Shown here: piece by piece, positions 1 through 12,330 of the stretch
Numbering within the stretch: position 1 is the first letter of the stretch
Layout: the number at the start of each line of letters is the position of its first letter
Assembly: GCF_008831285.2 (NCBI RefSeq)
Contig: NC_045138.2
Span: forward strand, 34,968,001 to 35,032,000
DNA: 64,000 nt
Direction of reading: 5' to 3'
Source of the DNA: Nymphaea colorata
Taxonomy: Eukaryota
Made by a program: the position numbers and the translations under genes
The notes under the pieces: model-generated
What the model saw: the letters and a program-made list of their open reading frames with translations, nothing else
What the model was told of the DNA's origin: nothing
Database searches by the model: none

Positions 1-936
1 TGTCATGGTAGCTTGAACAGGCAATAGGCATTGTTGATAAAAGGGAGACAAAGTTAAGAATGATCCAGGCAGAATTGGAGAGGGGGCATGTAGGTGACCG
101 AATGGTTACAAGCATTGTATTTGTCGGAGGGGGAACGAGACGGAAGCCTATAGTAAATCCAAAAAGAAATGAATGATGCATTCTCTGTGATAGTAGGATC
201 ACATGTTCCTCGGAGTACTAAGCAGGTAGAGGGGCATACATCACAATTCAGGCATTTCCAAACCTTTAAAGATAAGTGAAGAGATTGCTCAGCCTTCAAG
301 AATGATGAGCACCTTTCTTAATCTCCTGAGGCACACCTTGTTGATGACCCATTTCCAACCAGTCACAGCAAACTCGTCTGACGAGCACTTTGAAGTTAAT
401 TTCAAGGTTAGGCTAACATTGATTGAAATTGCCAGAAAATTTAAGAAATATCCTTTTAACAAAGATGTTGTTCTTAGTGCCAGAAAGGGTAATTACACAA
501 TTAGGGAGCGGCTGTTGAAGTTGTAGAGAGGGGAAAAGATTTTGCCATATTGCATATTCATTCCAGTGGGCCGGGCCGCACTATGATGGGCTACCCTGGT
601 CACATTGCTTATGATGGGCTACCCTGGTCACTGTGGGGGCCTGGACTGCATCTCCTGGCTCAATGGAAGGCTCTTCTCGTACAACAACCATTTTTCATTA
701 CACGTTGAGGAGAAAGTGGTTTTTAGGCATTGGGTATAAAATTGGATAGGATCCCCAAGAGACTGATCTAGTAGTGCTTATATATGGTCTAAGGACCACC
801 ACTAACATTGAGGGTCTGGCCCTCTGGCCATGGATAACCCTAATCGGGGATTAGGGGTTCGAAGGGGGGACTCTTGTTAGGGGTGGCTGACACAAAGCCT
901 TTCCAATAATTAGGTGTTTGGATTCACCTACCTAAT

Positions 937-2215
937 ATTGTTAGGTTTTTAACTTGACAATTTTGGATCAAAGGAAATTATCTTGAAATGTGCATTGGGT
1001 AACAACCAACCCCAATGTGATAACTCGGATGAAGGCAATTTGAATTCCAACCATCTTTTTCGAGATTCAGCTGTCGTTTTGATTGCAAACGACTTCCCCC
1101 AACAAACTAACTTCATTCTATGTTGGCGGAGAATCCGTGCATTCTATTCATTGCTAAGTTGACATATCCTGCTCAGGACAGTGCTTGCTTGCTGTTATCT
1201 GAAGTGATGATTTTGACAAGAAAATTTTTAGAGTAGGATTTTAGATTGTTTCTCTCGGTACTTTAACTTGGAGACTGAAGGACGGAAGTAAATTCCTTTC
1301 ATTTGTGTTGTCAACAAAAAGTAAAGTTTGAGTGCACAGCTGTTATTTTCTCTTTGATTCCTCTTTCCACCAGTCCTTAAACCCAATATCCCCAGACTGC
1401 AAGGATGAGATAGAAAGCTTCGTTCAAGAATTCATTCAGTCGTAAATGAAACCGTTTTCTTTGGTTCGGGAAGCAGTTGGATCCACATTTCAGGTATAAA
1501 GACGCAAAAGCTTTCTCAGTTCATCAGTTAAAGTGGAAACTTCTTCAAGGAGCACTACTTGTTGAAGCCCAGTATGGGCCACCGAAGTCCAATTAGATAG
1601 AGAAAAGCATTTTCGTTTTGTTACTATTTTGAGTCATATGAAACGAGTTGCCACACCAAGCTGACAGTGCATTAATGTCATGCCCAGACCTCGTTACAGC
1701 CGTGGAATAAGATGAAGGGAAAGCCTTTTTGGCCTTTAACTAGCAACTTAAGGCAAAACGTACCACAAAAATTTAATTATTGTATATATGCTATATTTTG
1801 CCTCAAATAACTGAAAATTTTAATGCGTGGAAAAAAATTTCTTTCTTGGAAGCGTTTTATTTTAATCAGAATCTTTTCATAGATTTTATTACAAAAACTG
1901 ATTTTATTTAATTTATAAACCAAAAGGTGAGCCAAAAGAATTTTCCTTAAAAATATATTTCTTTAAGAAAATTGAGCTCAGCTGTATAATCACATTTTGT
2001 TAGGTATTTAACTTGAAAATTTTGGATCAAAGGAAATTACGGGTGACAATGAAGGGTTTAAACCCCAACGCTGATGAAGGCAATTTGAACTCCAGGCATC
2101 TTTTTTGAGATTCGGCTGTTGTTTTGATTGCCACCAGTCAGTCCTCCCCCCAACAAAGGTTCCTACGCATTGCTAAGTTGATGCGATGAGTTTGTTCAAG
2201 TGGGATTTTGGATTT
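937..2215 (+). repeat. Old internal duplication within the unit (~937-1250 vs ~1996-2215)
   Basis: Both start ttgttaggt.tttaacttga.aattttggatcaaaggaaatta and share gatgaaggcaatttgaa.tcca..catctttttt.gagattc.gctgt and cattgctaagttga. Confidence 0.85.
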
Positions 2216-2353
2216 TATGGCAGCTCATGGCAAACCGTGTCTCATATCTTTTCGCGGTTGGGTATGATTTAACAGTTATTGTGACAGAAAATAATCTCAT
2301 ATAATTTTATAGTAAATATGTTATTGAACGTAGGCTTCCTTCTGTCAACTGCT

Positions 2354-2565
2354 GCTACCGGTGATTAGAGGCACCGCTGTAAGGAGATCCATCGGAATTG
2401 GTCTTTTGCGGTGATTGAATTCACCTCTGTACGGGATCTCGACCGGTGATTTGTGCCGCCGCTATTTGGCACAAGTTATAGCGGTGATGGGTTCACTGCT
2501 GATATGGTTTGCGTCGAAACTGTACCGGTGACGTCTTTCACCGTTGTAAATCTATAGTGGTGATC
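2354..2565. mobile_element. CACTA-like subterminal repeat patch; also ~16838-16915, ~49066-49310, ~60566-60810
   Basis: Clustered head-to-head taccggtga / tagcggtga / tcaccgttgta / caccgctgta motifs; no CACTA...TAGTG terminus confidently assigned. Confidence 0.55.
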
Positions 2566-3829
2566 GACTTGAACATGGTCATTGTGATTAAAAACGGATA
2601 TGAATATTTGATCAAAGGTCAGAAATGGTAAATCTGATTCATTCTAATCCATTGAGTGCGATGGAATTGAACCAACTTCACTTAATCTCTCTCTAGCGAT
2701 CAATTTTCTGTTATTCGCTTCTCTTCTCTTCTCTAAAAGGTCTCCCTAATTTTGCTTCTAGTCTTATATCCCCCTATGAATGAATCCAATCATATAAACG
2801 ACATTAAACTATATTGTGACACAACTTTGATGAGGTATGAGATGCCTTTCATCACATTCATTGATTTTACAAGCGCGAAATTTTAAACAAAACGAATAAA
2901 CATCAATAAACTTGGATACACACAAAGGCTCTTGCATTTCTAGCAAAAGCGCATCTATCAAATTGACAAGACAATGCACGTTTGAAATTTTGATTAGGCA
3001 ACCCCCTGAGAAGGCTCGATGGGGCAAAGAAGGAGAAGAAAATCAAAGGGAGGAAAGGCAAAAACCAAAGCTGATCTTCATATTGGACAGCAAGGCAAGC
3101 CCAACAATGACATCAAAAATTGCATATGTCATAGAATAATTGAAAACAAAGAGACATATAGGGCGGTGTACAGTACCTTATTTACATAATTAGGTAGGAG
3201 TCCAGCTCATAATTGTATAAAACTGGCCATGCATTATTGCACAGTTAAGAACAACCAATGGAAACAGAAAAACTTAGCCATGTAGCAACTGTAAAATTAT
3301 TTATTGTAAAGCTAATTATAGTGTGCAATTTTATAACTTTCTAAAAATAAAAAAGGAATGACAAGCAAATGGAATATTATGAACAGATAGAACCGCAAGG
3401 CGCCATCAAGATGCATACCTTAGCAACACTGATTTTTGTCTGGCCCAATAAACATAGCCTTCTAGATCAACTTCAACACTTAAGTTCATAATAGCGGTAC
3501 AAACCTAGGAGAATGTGTCAATCACAAAGTCTGTTATCAAATTGTTGAGTACACATCCCAACACCCATACCTCCAAACAACTTGTGAGATCACATGATAT
3601 ATATATATATATATGTTAGATTAATCTAAAAAAATATTTCCATATTCCAATGCTAAACATGACCAGAGCAGGACAGGAAAATATAAACTTAACCCATTGA
3701 ATGTAATGTGAGAATCATAACTCACCTTAAAACAAGTTTCTTTGACAGCTGTTTTATGTCATTTCTTATTTTTAAAAAGACCTTTTAATTGTTTTTTAAA
3801 TTGAACAGTTATTTATTATTTTGATGGGG

Positions 3830-4400
3830 AGCCCATAACGACCGAATAAAATTCAAATTGAAATAAAAAACAAAAAATCCCTGCCCATTATACGTGAGAT
3901 AAACAAAACGTTCGTTGGGACAAATCGAATTTATTTTTTCCTGCCCAGTAAACCTGAGTTGAAGAATATGTCCGTCGCACGATTTTCCCGTAATCATATT
4001 TCCAGAAATTTGGGATCAGCTTTCCTATTCGATGAAAAAGCCCGTTAGGGCTGGCATGGTGAGCATCGGCTTCTGCCGCAGCCGCCGTCCTCCTCCTTGC
4101 AGCTTCCTTCATCGCAGCTCCCTCCTCTAGCCCTGCAGCTTCGTGGGTGAGCGGAACGGCATTGGCGGTAAACAGTTTTCGTCTGGCAACATCTGGTCCG
4201 TGTGCCGGCTGCCGTGAAGGTCTTCAAAGCTCGTCCGGAAGCCTGCTTCAAAAGGGACTGGTTAAGAAGGCACTGGAGTTCTCCGTGTTCTGCGAAGCTT
4301 TTGTTCCTCCCATCGTCTTCTCAACCAACCGACAGCTTTGAGATTTTCACCAACTGCAGGTTCCTCTCCCCCCCCCCCCTCTCTCTCTATCCTGCGATGA
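3830..4400 (+). promoter_or_regulatory. Promoter/first-exon-like GC island; also ~39530-40100, ~50690-51220, ~62250-62775
   Basis: Twice-repeated cctgcccat/g-ta..cgtgag/cctgag motif ~60 bp apart and agccca (site-II-like), then ~350 bp rich in CpG, a C/CT tract and long T-rich intron-like sequence. No convincing ORF; transcription is inferred only. Confidence 0.5.
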
Positions 4401-5289
4401 ATTAGATTGATTGTCTTCTGTCTCGCTATTTCCTTGTCCTGTTTCTCCTTTCTTACCTTGTTCTGGTTGGATAGATTTGAGCGACCTTTTCCTCGCTCTC
4501 ATCTTGGAAGTTGAGGGTCTTCTTTTCCTGCCTCTAGTTGCTGATCATTTTAATCCATGGGCATCAGGTTTTTTTTTTTTTTTTTCGCGAGGTTGAGATT
4601 CCCTGATTTCCTTTGTTCTTTTTTTTTTTTTTTGCACGGTCGTGTTTTTTAAGGGCTTTTATTTTTTTCTGACCCGAGAATGTTGTTTTTCCTTTTCTGG
4701 CGACCGTTACGGGCTTACACTTTGTTCCAGGAATGGAACCCCACAAGGTTTTGTTTTAATAGAATTTGGCAGAAGAACATGGTTTGGCAGTGTCTCAGAC
4801 ATGAGGGATAAGCCGTGTTTTTCCATGCTTCAAGCACTGTTACAAGGACGATTCCTAAATGGCAAACGCAGGCTGTTTTATGGTGAAATTGAGTAATTTT
4901 ATGAGAAATTTTCACATTGAAGGTGTGGTTAGGAGCTTGGCAGCACACTTGATACGTTTTCTTGTTTCAAGTTCTGTTTTGCGTTCTCACGGTCTTCAAA
5001 CTGTGATACTGCAGTGTAGCTGGAAGTTTGTCTCTGTATTAGAAGTGGTGTTGCATTGTTTTATGTGATATAAATGAGGGGGTCTGACTGACAGGCTATG
5101 TTTACATGCTCATCTTCTGAAACATCACCTCGACAGTAGTTTCTGTTACATTCTTCACTTCAGTATGGTCTGAGTCGTAACTGCTGTTTTCTAATACCTT
5201 CCTGTTAGTGTATTTCTGCTACTGAGAAGACCACTTCAATACTCGACAAGGATAAGCTTGCAGACTGCTCTTATGCTAGATCTTTCATA

Positions 5290-6520
5290 TGTGTGTATAT
5301 GTAGATCTTGTGTTTGCCATTGTAAGGAAGCTTTTTCCACAACTTTTGTTGTGATCCAATTATATTTTTCATTCTTTATTTTCTTGGTGACTTGGCATTA
5401 GTGCCTTTCATTGAGTTTCAATTTAGGTTTACATGTCACTATTGTGACTCAAATTTTTGTGGTATTAGAGCTCTGGCTTGGGCTTGGATTTGCTGATTGT
5501 GGATACAACTTTTTAGTTGGTTCATAAATGTGGTGTTCACCAACTATTGGTGAAATTATTGAAGTTACAAGTTGTCGGTGGGCCAAACTTTTGTGCAATC
5601 CAAACCTAGTCGTTTGTTTAGGGAGAGAATGTGCTTTACCCAATTGTTTGAAACTTCCAATTAGTTGAGGACCTAACACTTATGAGAACTTTTCACCCTT
5701 AAACCAACATTTTGTGTAGAATGCCCTACTTTTATAGGAGAGCTGATGTAGTTCATTCTTCTTCCCAACAAATCCATCTGGTTTCATAGACACTCCTCTC
5801 GTAGTGGCAGACAAGAGTTTCTACTTCTAGGTGATATACCATTTGATGTCAAGAAGTTTTTTGAAAGTGAAAATTTTTAATTTTACCTAAAAACATTTTA
5901 AAAGTGTTTTCTCACCTAATGATATACCTTCATCTTATTCTTAATACCTCATCGAGTAGAAGGAAAAAATTTCAAGTTTTTGATGCCAATCATTAGAAGA
6001 GGAAATCTTCAAAGATCCTGGATATGAGCAGTGAAGAAAAATTCAATGAAACTGAGAAAGTCAAGACTATGAAAGGCTATTGACTTAAGTGATCAAGCGT
6101 CTGCAAGGATTTATCAGGAAAATATCTTAGGAGAGAAGCCATAATGCCTTTTAAAATATTGGCAGATAGCAAAATGAGAGTTGAGAGATGGGCTCGGGGC
6201 TTGTGTGGTCGTTCCTCTGGGTCAGTAATCGAGAGTACCGGGTAGGCATAAAGGTGATTTATGTCTATACCGCGAAGATGAAGACTTATGAACTTTTGAC
6301 ATGTTGAAAACCCGCAAGGTGAAACTGGTTGGATACATGAAAAAACTACACATAACCACTAAAGTGGTGGAGCTCCGTAGTAGCCTTTGGGGTGGTGAGG
6401 GATTCCCTCAAAGGTGAAGGTCGGCCTAAAGAAAAAAATCAAAAGCAAAAAAAAAATAAACGAAGGGGCAAAAAGCCTATTGCAAAAAAAAAAAAGAAAA
6501 AAAAAAGGTGGCTTCCAAGA
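5290..6520 (+). mobile_element. LTR-retrotransposon remnant: LTR 3' end, tRNA-Met primer-binding site and internal sequence
   Basis: tggtattagagc at 5460-5471 (also 52270, 63826) and tggtatcaaagc at 22397-22408 in the diverged copy; each differs from TGGTATCAGAGC at a different single base; preceded by CA and a short T run. Confidence 0.65.
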
Positions 6521-9500
6521 TATGAATGTTATGAAGGCTGAACTCCTAGGAATTGAATGTGACAGTCTTTTATGGATGCACGAGTCTTGAGTCAATAGCC
6601 ATTCCTCTTTTTGACTTTCTAAGATGTTGAGGATGATTCTTTTATGTTCATATTTTGAAAATTTAAAGATTTTCCTTTCTAGAGATTCAACAACATTGAT
6701 GCGAAATGAATCCTACTGCTTGTACAATATTGAGGGTAAATGAAGGACATATCATTTGCACAACGAGCACTCAAGCTTATGTTTTAAATCGATGATTAAT
6801 GAGTTGTTTCAAAATAAAAACTTGACATCTTTTGTTATGTTTCCTAGCTTCTTGGACCTGTGAGGAACTCTCAACTCCTCTTTGTTCTTGAAAGATGTCG
6901 TTTTCTGCGGCAAACCTATTCCATTCATATCGAGTGTAATGAATTTCCTATCGTGTGTTTGCAGTGTTAGCTGGGCAATGACTTGCATAAAGATGGTTAA
7001 ACAGTTGTTTGTTTGCGTTTTTTGTTTATTGGCTTGTCATAATTTGGTAGGAAACCAACTCTATGCCTGTACATTTGAGAGCTTGAAAACCACACCCAAA
7101 ACACCAGAAATCTCCTCAGAGATAGTGTTGTTGTTGTAAACTTCTATTTCCAAAATTGTGGATGATTAGGTGACTTCAACCTTTGACAATTGATTTGTTT
7201 TGCTTCCCAAGACCGGTTATCCCTTGGGTTTAGCTTATTTGATTGCAGGGAATCTGATTTGACCCAGTGGTTGCAAATTTATATTGAAATGAAGAATTTT
7301 TGCTATAAATTCATGAGAAAATTACATATATGTGCAGAAATTAGATTGCTTGCAGCAACCTGACAAGTTTCTAGTAGTCAATTAGTCTGTCTTTTACCTG
7401 AATTTGTGATCTCAGTTCTGCTAGTGTATGCATGAGACAACTTAAGTCAGAGTCATGTACACTTAAAGCAGTCTTTCAAATTTGTTGATATTCAGTTGCC
7501 ATTTACCATAGTCCAATTAGTTTAGAGAGTACAGACTCTATAATTAAAGCGTTTATCAGTTTATCTTAGAGCTCTTACATTTTTTCCAAGTCTCATTCAT
7601 TTGTTTCCAAGTTGGTGATCAAAAGAAACTTTTGAAGAAATTAAAGGGCGGATGCATCCAGAGAATCTTGCATTTTTGGTCTATCTTCGTACATGTTTGG
7701 CGTCTAGAGAATTGTGCATTTTTGAGTCCGTTTTAGTATCTGTTTGTTCCCCATATTTGATACGGACTTGCCACTTATTGGAAAATTTAAAATTTGGTGT
7801 ATGGTTTTCTCTGGTTTTTATGAAGAATATCATTTTAAAGAGATTTAACATAAAAACCACACCAAATTTTTGTAGACATTGCCAGGGCATGGAGAAAGTA
7901 TACCAAAATTACTTTTGTTGCCTCTTAGGTAGAATCTGCAACATTGTTTAGTATTCAAGCGGAATCCTTCTCATTAACCTTGTAGCCATTAGTGGAAATT
8001 TTTGTACACTTTGTACTATTGCCTGCTTTGTTGATTTGGTTTTTCCTTTTTCTTTTGTTTTTGTGTGCGTGTGGGTGAGAGAGATTTTATATCTGGTAGT
8101 TAATAAGCATAGAGTTCAACTTAGTTAGTGAATGTAGGATTATTTCTTCATTTTCTTGGTGTGTTTTTATTCCAACTTTTTTGGCTTGAGTTGTTGAATT
8201 ATTGAGCTTAAAGTGCAAGGAGGAGAGATTAGACAAGTAGGGATAGAGTAGAAGTCTACTTGTGTTTGATGGTTTAATTGAGTGTTTATTTCTTGATTTT
8301 ATTGCGTTTCAACAGTGATGGTTTGTGGAAGAACAAGATCTTGCGAAGCTGGGATCCTAAAGTTACTTGCTTGAAAAAGAAAACTGAACTTTTTTCATAC
8401 CTTACTGTAAATGAGAAAAAGAAGGGTAGCACTGTTTGTGAATAATGTGTTATTTACTGAACTTGCGTAGATAGTGAATAATGGGCGGTTCTTTTTTCCT
8501 TAGAATTAGTATGATCGTTCTGCCGTTACAGTGGGTCTATATGTTGATGAGGCGTCTAGAATAATTTCAAGGCAGCTTCAGTGTATAGTAGTAAACTTTG
8601 CACCCTAACTGAATTTGACATGTTTACCCTAAGCCAAGGCCACCTTGGTTGAACAGGTATTTGGCAGTTAGGTGGTATTGCAGACTTGAAAGCTAGAGAT
8701 TAAATTGTGACGCCGAGCTTGCAAGGTTAGGCATTTTCAAGTGGATTGTCACTGGCCTTTTATCATTTTCCAGATATCCTTTCCTTGTTCTGCATGGGTT
8801 CTTGCAGTTGCACAGGCCATTAAATTTTCGGAGTTGAGGTTAGGATCTAGACAACAAGGCACAAAAAAATCCTTGAGCATTAGGGATACCTTGCAATTCT
8901 ACATGCTTTTCTGAAAAGCATTACTCAGTAACCCTATCATAGTTGTACCGCTCTTCCTCAGGTTAATAGATTTGGGTTTTTGGTTAATCCACAATGCATA
9001 TGTCACACTTTCCTTTCACCAATGATATCTGCTCAATTGTTCCTTGAAGACAACTGGGCTTTCAAACTTCAAATATAAGCTAAGCTGTTCTTATATGGTG
9101 CAGGTTGCTTATCCTCTTCCACAACGTGTTTGGTCTGCTGCTTTGGCGGATCTGAAACACACTCCCCCTCAAATAGCTTCAGTTTCACTTTCATGATTTC
9201 ACAGAGTAGAATACTAATAATGCTGACCCACAGGTGATCCTAATGCAGCCCAGCAAATTACCTTTATATCTTCACTTAGAATGTGATGTAAAGGTTCGGT
9301 CAAAGACTAAATAATTGGATCTCCAATGAGTAAAAAGATAAAAGACAAGAAGGAGAGCAGTAGTAGGGGCATGGTGGTCAACACGGGCAAAATGTGATGG
9401 CTGATAAACTTGCAGTAAATAGTTTGGCAGAAGGCTTGTGCCTGGGAAGGCGAGTAAGCTGTTTCTCGGTGGCAAGGGAGACTCACTGGTCATTGGGATG

Positions 9501-10725
9501 CACATTGCCTAGTTGACGCAATCCATTGATAGTTGAAACCTGTGAAGAAGTCCATGGACCAGGTGACTGATTGTAGGGCGGCCTGTGAATGGAAGGTGAG
9601 TGGTTTATTATATCAGGATCAGTAGCATGGATTTATTTTGAAATAATAGATTTGATGTTCACTTGCACCTCCAGCATGACTTTTTTATTTTTTGCTGTAT
9701 TATAGCAGACTGCCTAGTAAAGAATTCTTGTGACACAGGACTATGGACATGCCTTAGAATGCCCAATTTAACCAATAGGCACACATACATTATGAATCCC
9801 CAAATTATGCTGGAGGTTTTATTGCTTGAACTGTTTTACCATTCTAAAAAGGACCAATGCATTCCTGCTTGATGTTGTTGGCCGCATCTTTGAGAGGTAC
9901 GCTTTGTTCATGGGTTCAGGACATCAATTCATGCTCTTAAGAATGCTAGCAGAATTAGTCCTTTGGTGGACAAGGGGCCTCAGAAGTGTCTTGCAAAACA
10001 GTCATTTTGAATACAACATGCATGTGTGGTATTGTCCTTTTTTTTTTTTTGGTTTATTCTGTAGAAAAAGAACGGGACAACGAAGCTGGAGGTAGGAACT
10101 GGAAGTCTGGAACATTGGTGCACTAGATGAATGGCTGAAGGTGCTTTCTCTCTCTCTCTCTCTTTTATGATACTTGGGTTTAGGATGTGGGCAATTGTAG
10201 AGCCATGTTAAATTTTCAATCAACGTACATATTAAATTTTCAATCAACGTACATCGCCCTCCTCCTCATCCTAATTCTTCGGGCACCCCTACCCCTATGT
10301 GAAGACGCCTAAGGAGGTATTTTACTTAGCTGGATCTCTGGAGATGAGCCCTAACTGCCAGGGAATTTTCCCTTTCTGTAGTGCATTTGGAAGAACCGAA
10401 AATTAGATGGTTTAAGTAGTTTGTCTCTTGACCAAGGTGACAGCAGTCTAGATTTGGCCCTTCAACTTAGATTATAATATTGAACAACCACAATTGTAGG
10501 GGACGTACCTGATGAAATTCACATTGAAGTACAGGCAGCTAAGCCATTGTTGTTGGATTGCAGCTAAGCCACAGTTGTTGTTGGCCTTTTCAACGGGAGA
10601 GAGTTAGGAGTCTTTTTCGGAAATTCTTTGATGTTGCTTATGACAAAATACAGAAGTTCGTTTAACTGTCAAAGTGTTTGGCATTGGGTATAAAATTGTG
10701 TGGGATCCCCAAGAGACTGATCTAG

Positions 10726-10729
<4 letters not shown>

Positions 10730-10771
<42 letters not shown>
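10730..10771. repeat. Second (TA)n microsatellite of the unit; also ~45677-45713 and ~57168-57210
   Basis: Direct reading; sits inside the duplicated ggcattgggtataaaatt...ccctaat.ggggattaggg module. Confidence 0.95.
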
Positions 10772-10773
<2 letters not shown>

Positions 10774-11049
10774 TCAAGGACACCACAAACATTGGGAGTC
10801 TGGCGAGGGAGAACCCTAATTGGGGATTAGGGCTGATGAGCGTGGGTAGCGGTGGGTACAACTGGTAGTGGCTAACAACTGGTATCATAGCATACCAGAG
10901 CAGTGTTGATCCTTCAGCCATAATATGAAATTCCTCATAGCTGTATGGCCATGCCCTCGCGAGTTTTGGGCTATGGCTCCGGTGGCAGCTCTTCCTCTTC
11001 CTCGTCTAGGAGTCTTATGAGAGGTTGTGCCGCCGGTATTTTTTAGGAG

Positions 11050-12330
11050 TAAGAGGGAGGCGTCTTCACAATAGATGGTTCTTTTCATCCGTTGAAAGAG
11101 GGAGGCATCTTACACCTGAGGGATGCTAAGCAGTCGCTGCTTATAGAAACTCCGTATCGGGCATGGATAGGTTTGAAGGATTGGTTGATGAATGCTTTGT
11201 TAATTATAGAGAAGCCAATTATAGAGAAGCCAAAGGAGGATGTTCACACTATGGGGTTTAGAAAGGTCTGCTTATAGAAACTCCCTATGGGGCATGGATA
11301 GGTTTGAAGGATTGGTTGATGAATGCTTTGTTAATTGTAGAGAATCCAAAGGAGGGATGTTCACACTATGGGGTTTAGAAAGGTCACTTGTCTCCGACCA
11401 ACTAGTGGTGCAAGGCTGCATGCGGCCTAGTGAGTGGGAGTCCTACCGAAGCATCTCTTGATGTTGGCAAGTTAATGGTGAGAGTTGCAAGCGGAGTCTT
11501 TTTTCTTGGAAGGAGGCGAAATTGTGATTGCCTTTCCTTCAGAGTGTCACATGCTTGTGGGTAGAGAAAAAAGAAGAAGGGAGATTCGCATCCTTGCTAG
11601 CAGTGTTGCATCAATATACCCCAAGCTTTAAGCTTTTAGGGGGTTGCACCTTAAGATCTTTCTTTGCAGCTGTCATGGTAGCTTGAACAGGAAATAGGCA
11701 TTGTTGATAAAAGGGAGACAAAGTTAAGAATGATCTAGGCAGAATTGGAGAGGGGGCATGTAGGTGACCGAATGGTTACAAGCATTGTATCTGTCGGAGG
11801 GGTGTCGGAGGGGGAACGAGACGGAAGCCTATAATAAATCCGAAAAGAAATGAATGATGCATTCTCTGTGATAGTAGGATCACATGTTCCTCGGAGTACT
11901 AAGCAGGTAGAGGGGCATATATCACAATTCAGGCATTTCCAAACCTTTAAAGATAAGTGAAGAGATTGCTCAGCCTTCAAGAATGATGAGCACCTTTCTT
12001 AATCTCCTGAGGCACACCTTGTTGATGACCCATTTCCAACCAGTCACAGCAAACTCGTCTGACGAGCACTTTGAAGTTAATTTCAAGGTTAGGCTAACAT
12101 TGATTGAAATTGCCAGAAAATTTAAGAAATATCCTTTTAACAAAGATGTTGTTCTTAGTGCCAGAAAGGGTAATTACAGGAAGCGGCTGTTGAAGTTGTA
12201 GAGAGGGGAAAAGATTTTGCCATATTGCATATTCATTCCAGTGGGCCGGGCCGCACTATGATGGGCTACCCTGGTCACATTGCTTGAGAAGATCTGCAAA
12301 ACAAACACAGTCAAGAAGTCAATGCACTGT
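11050..12330 (-). mobile_element. Degenerate LINE (L1-type) ORF2 fragment; also at 1-610, ~46050-47330, ~57550-58830
   Basis: Minus-strand remnants in the expected order: LSGTKNNIFVKRIFLKFS...NLEINFK (RT, GLxIN region), LPA*Y (LPxKYLG), LSNSA*IILNFVSLLSTMPI (LSxAGRxxLIxSVLxSMP), KVQPPKSLKLGV (CxPKxxGGLG). Many stops and frameshifts; left boundary approximate. Confidence 0.7.
11137..11385 (+). repeat. Two-copy ~115-130 bp tandem duplication inside the LINE remnant; also ~46108-46338 and ~57605-57835
   Basis: ctgcttatagaaactcc...atggataggtttgaaggattggttgatgaatgctttgttaatt...ggggtttagaaaggtc occurs twice. Confidence 0.93.

Larger units (their letters stand above)
1..2668 (+). repeat. 3' part of a tandem-array unit, cut by the window start
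   Basis: 1-610 matches 11671-12285 and ~46748-47300; 630-2668 is collinear with ~47330-49412 and ~58830-60912; shared short ORFs recur (MMSTFLNLLRH at 302, 11983, 47019, 58516). Confidence 0.95.

Noticed and set aside
4056..4130. 24-aa ORF MVSIGFCRSRRPPPCSFLHRSSLL at the start of the GC island
   Set aside because: Too short, no recognisable family, and identity among recent duplicates is not evidence of selection.
7037..7059. Partial complement to miR2275 (ttggtaggaaaccaa), suggesting a phased-siRNA trigger site
   Set aside because: Needs a bulge next to the cleavage site and the remaining pairing is poor; chance match is likely.
11092..11113. gggaggcatc core resembling a miR2118/482 target site
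   Set aside because: The seed-pairing end does not match, and it lies in a LINE remnant.
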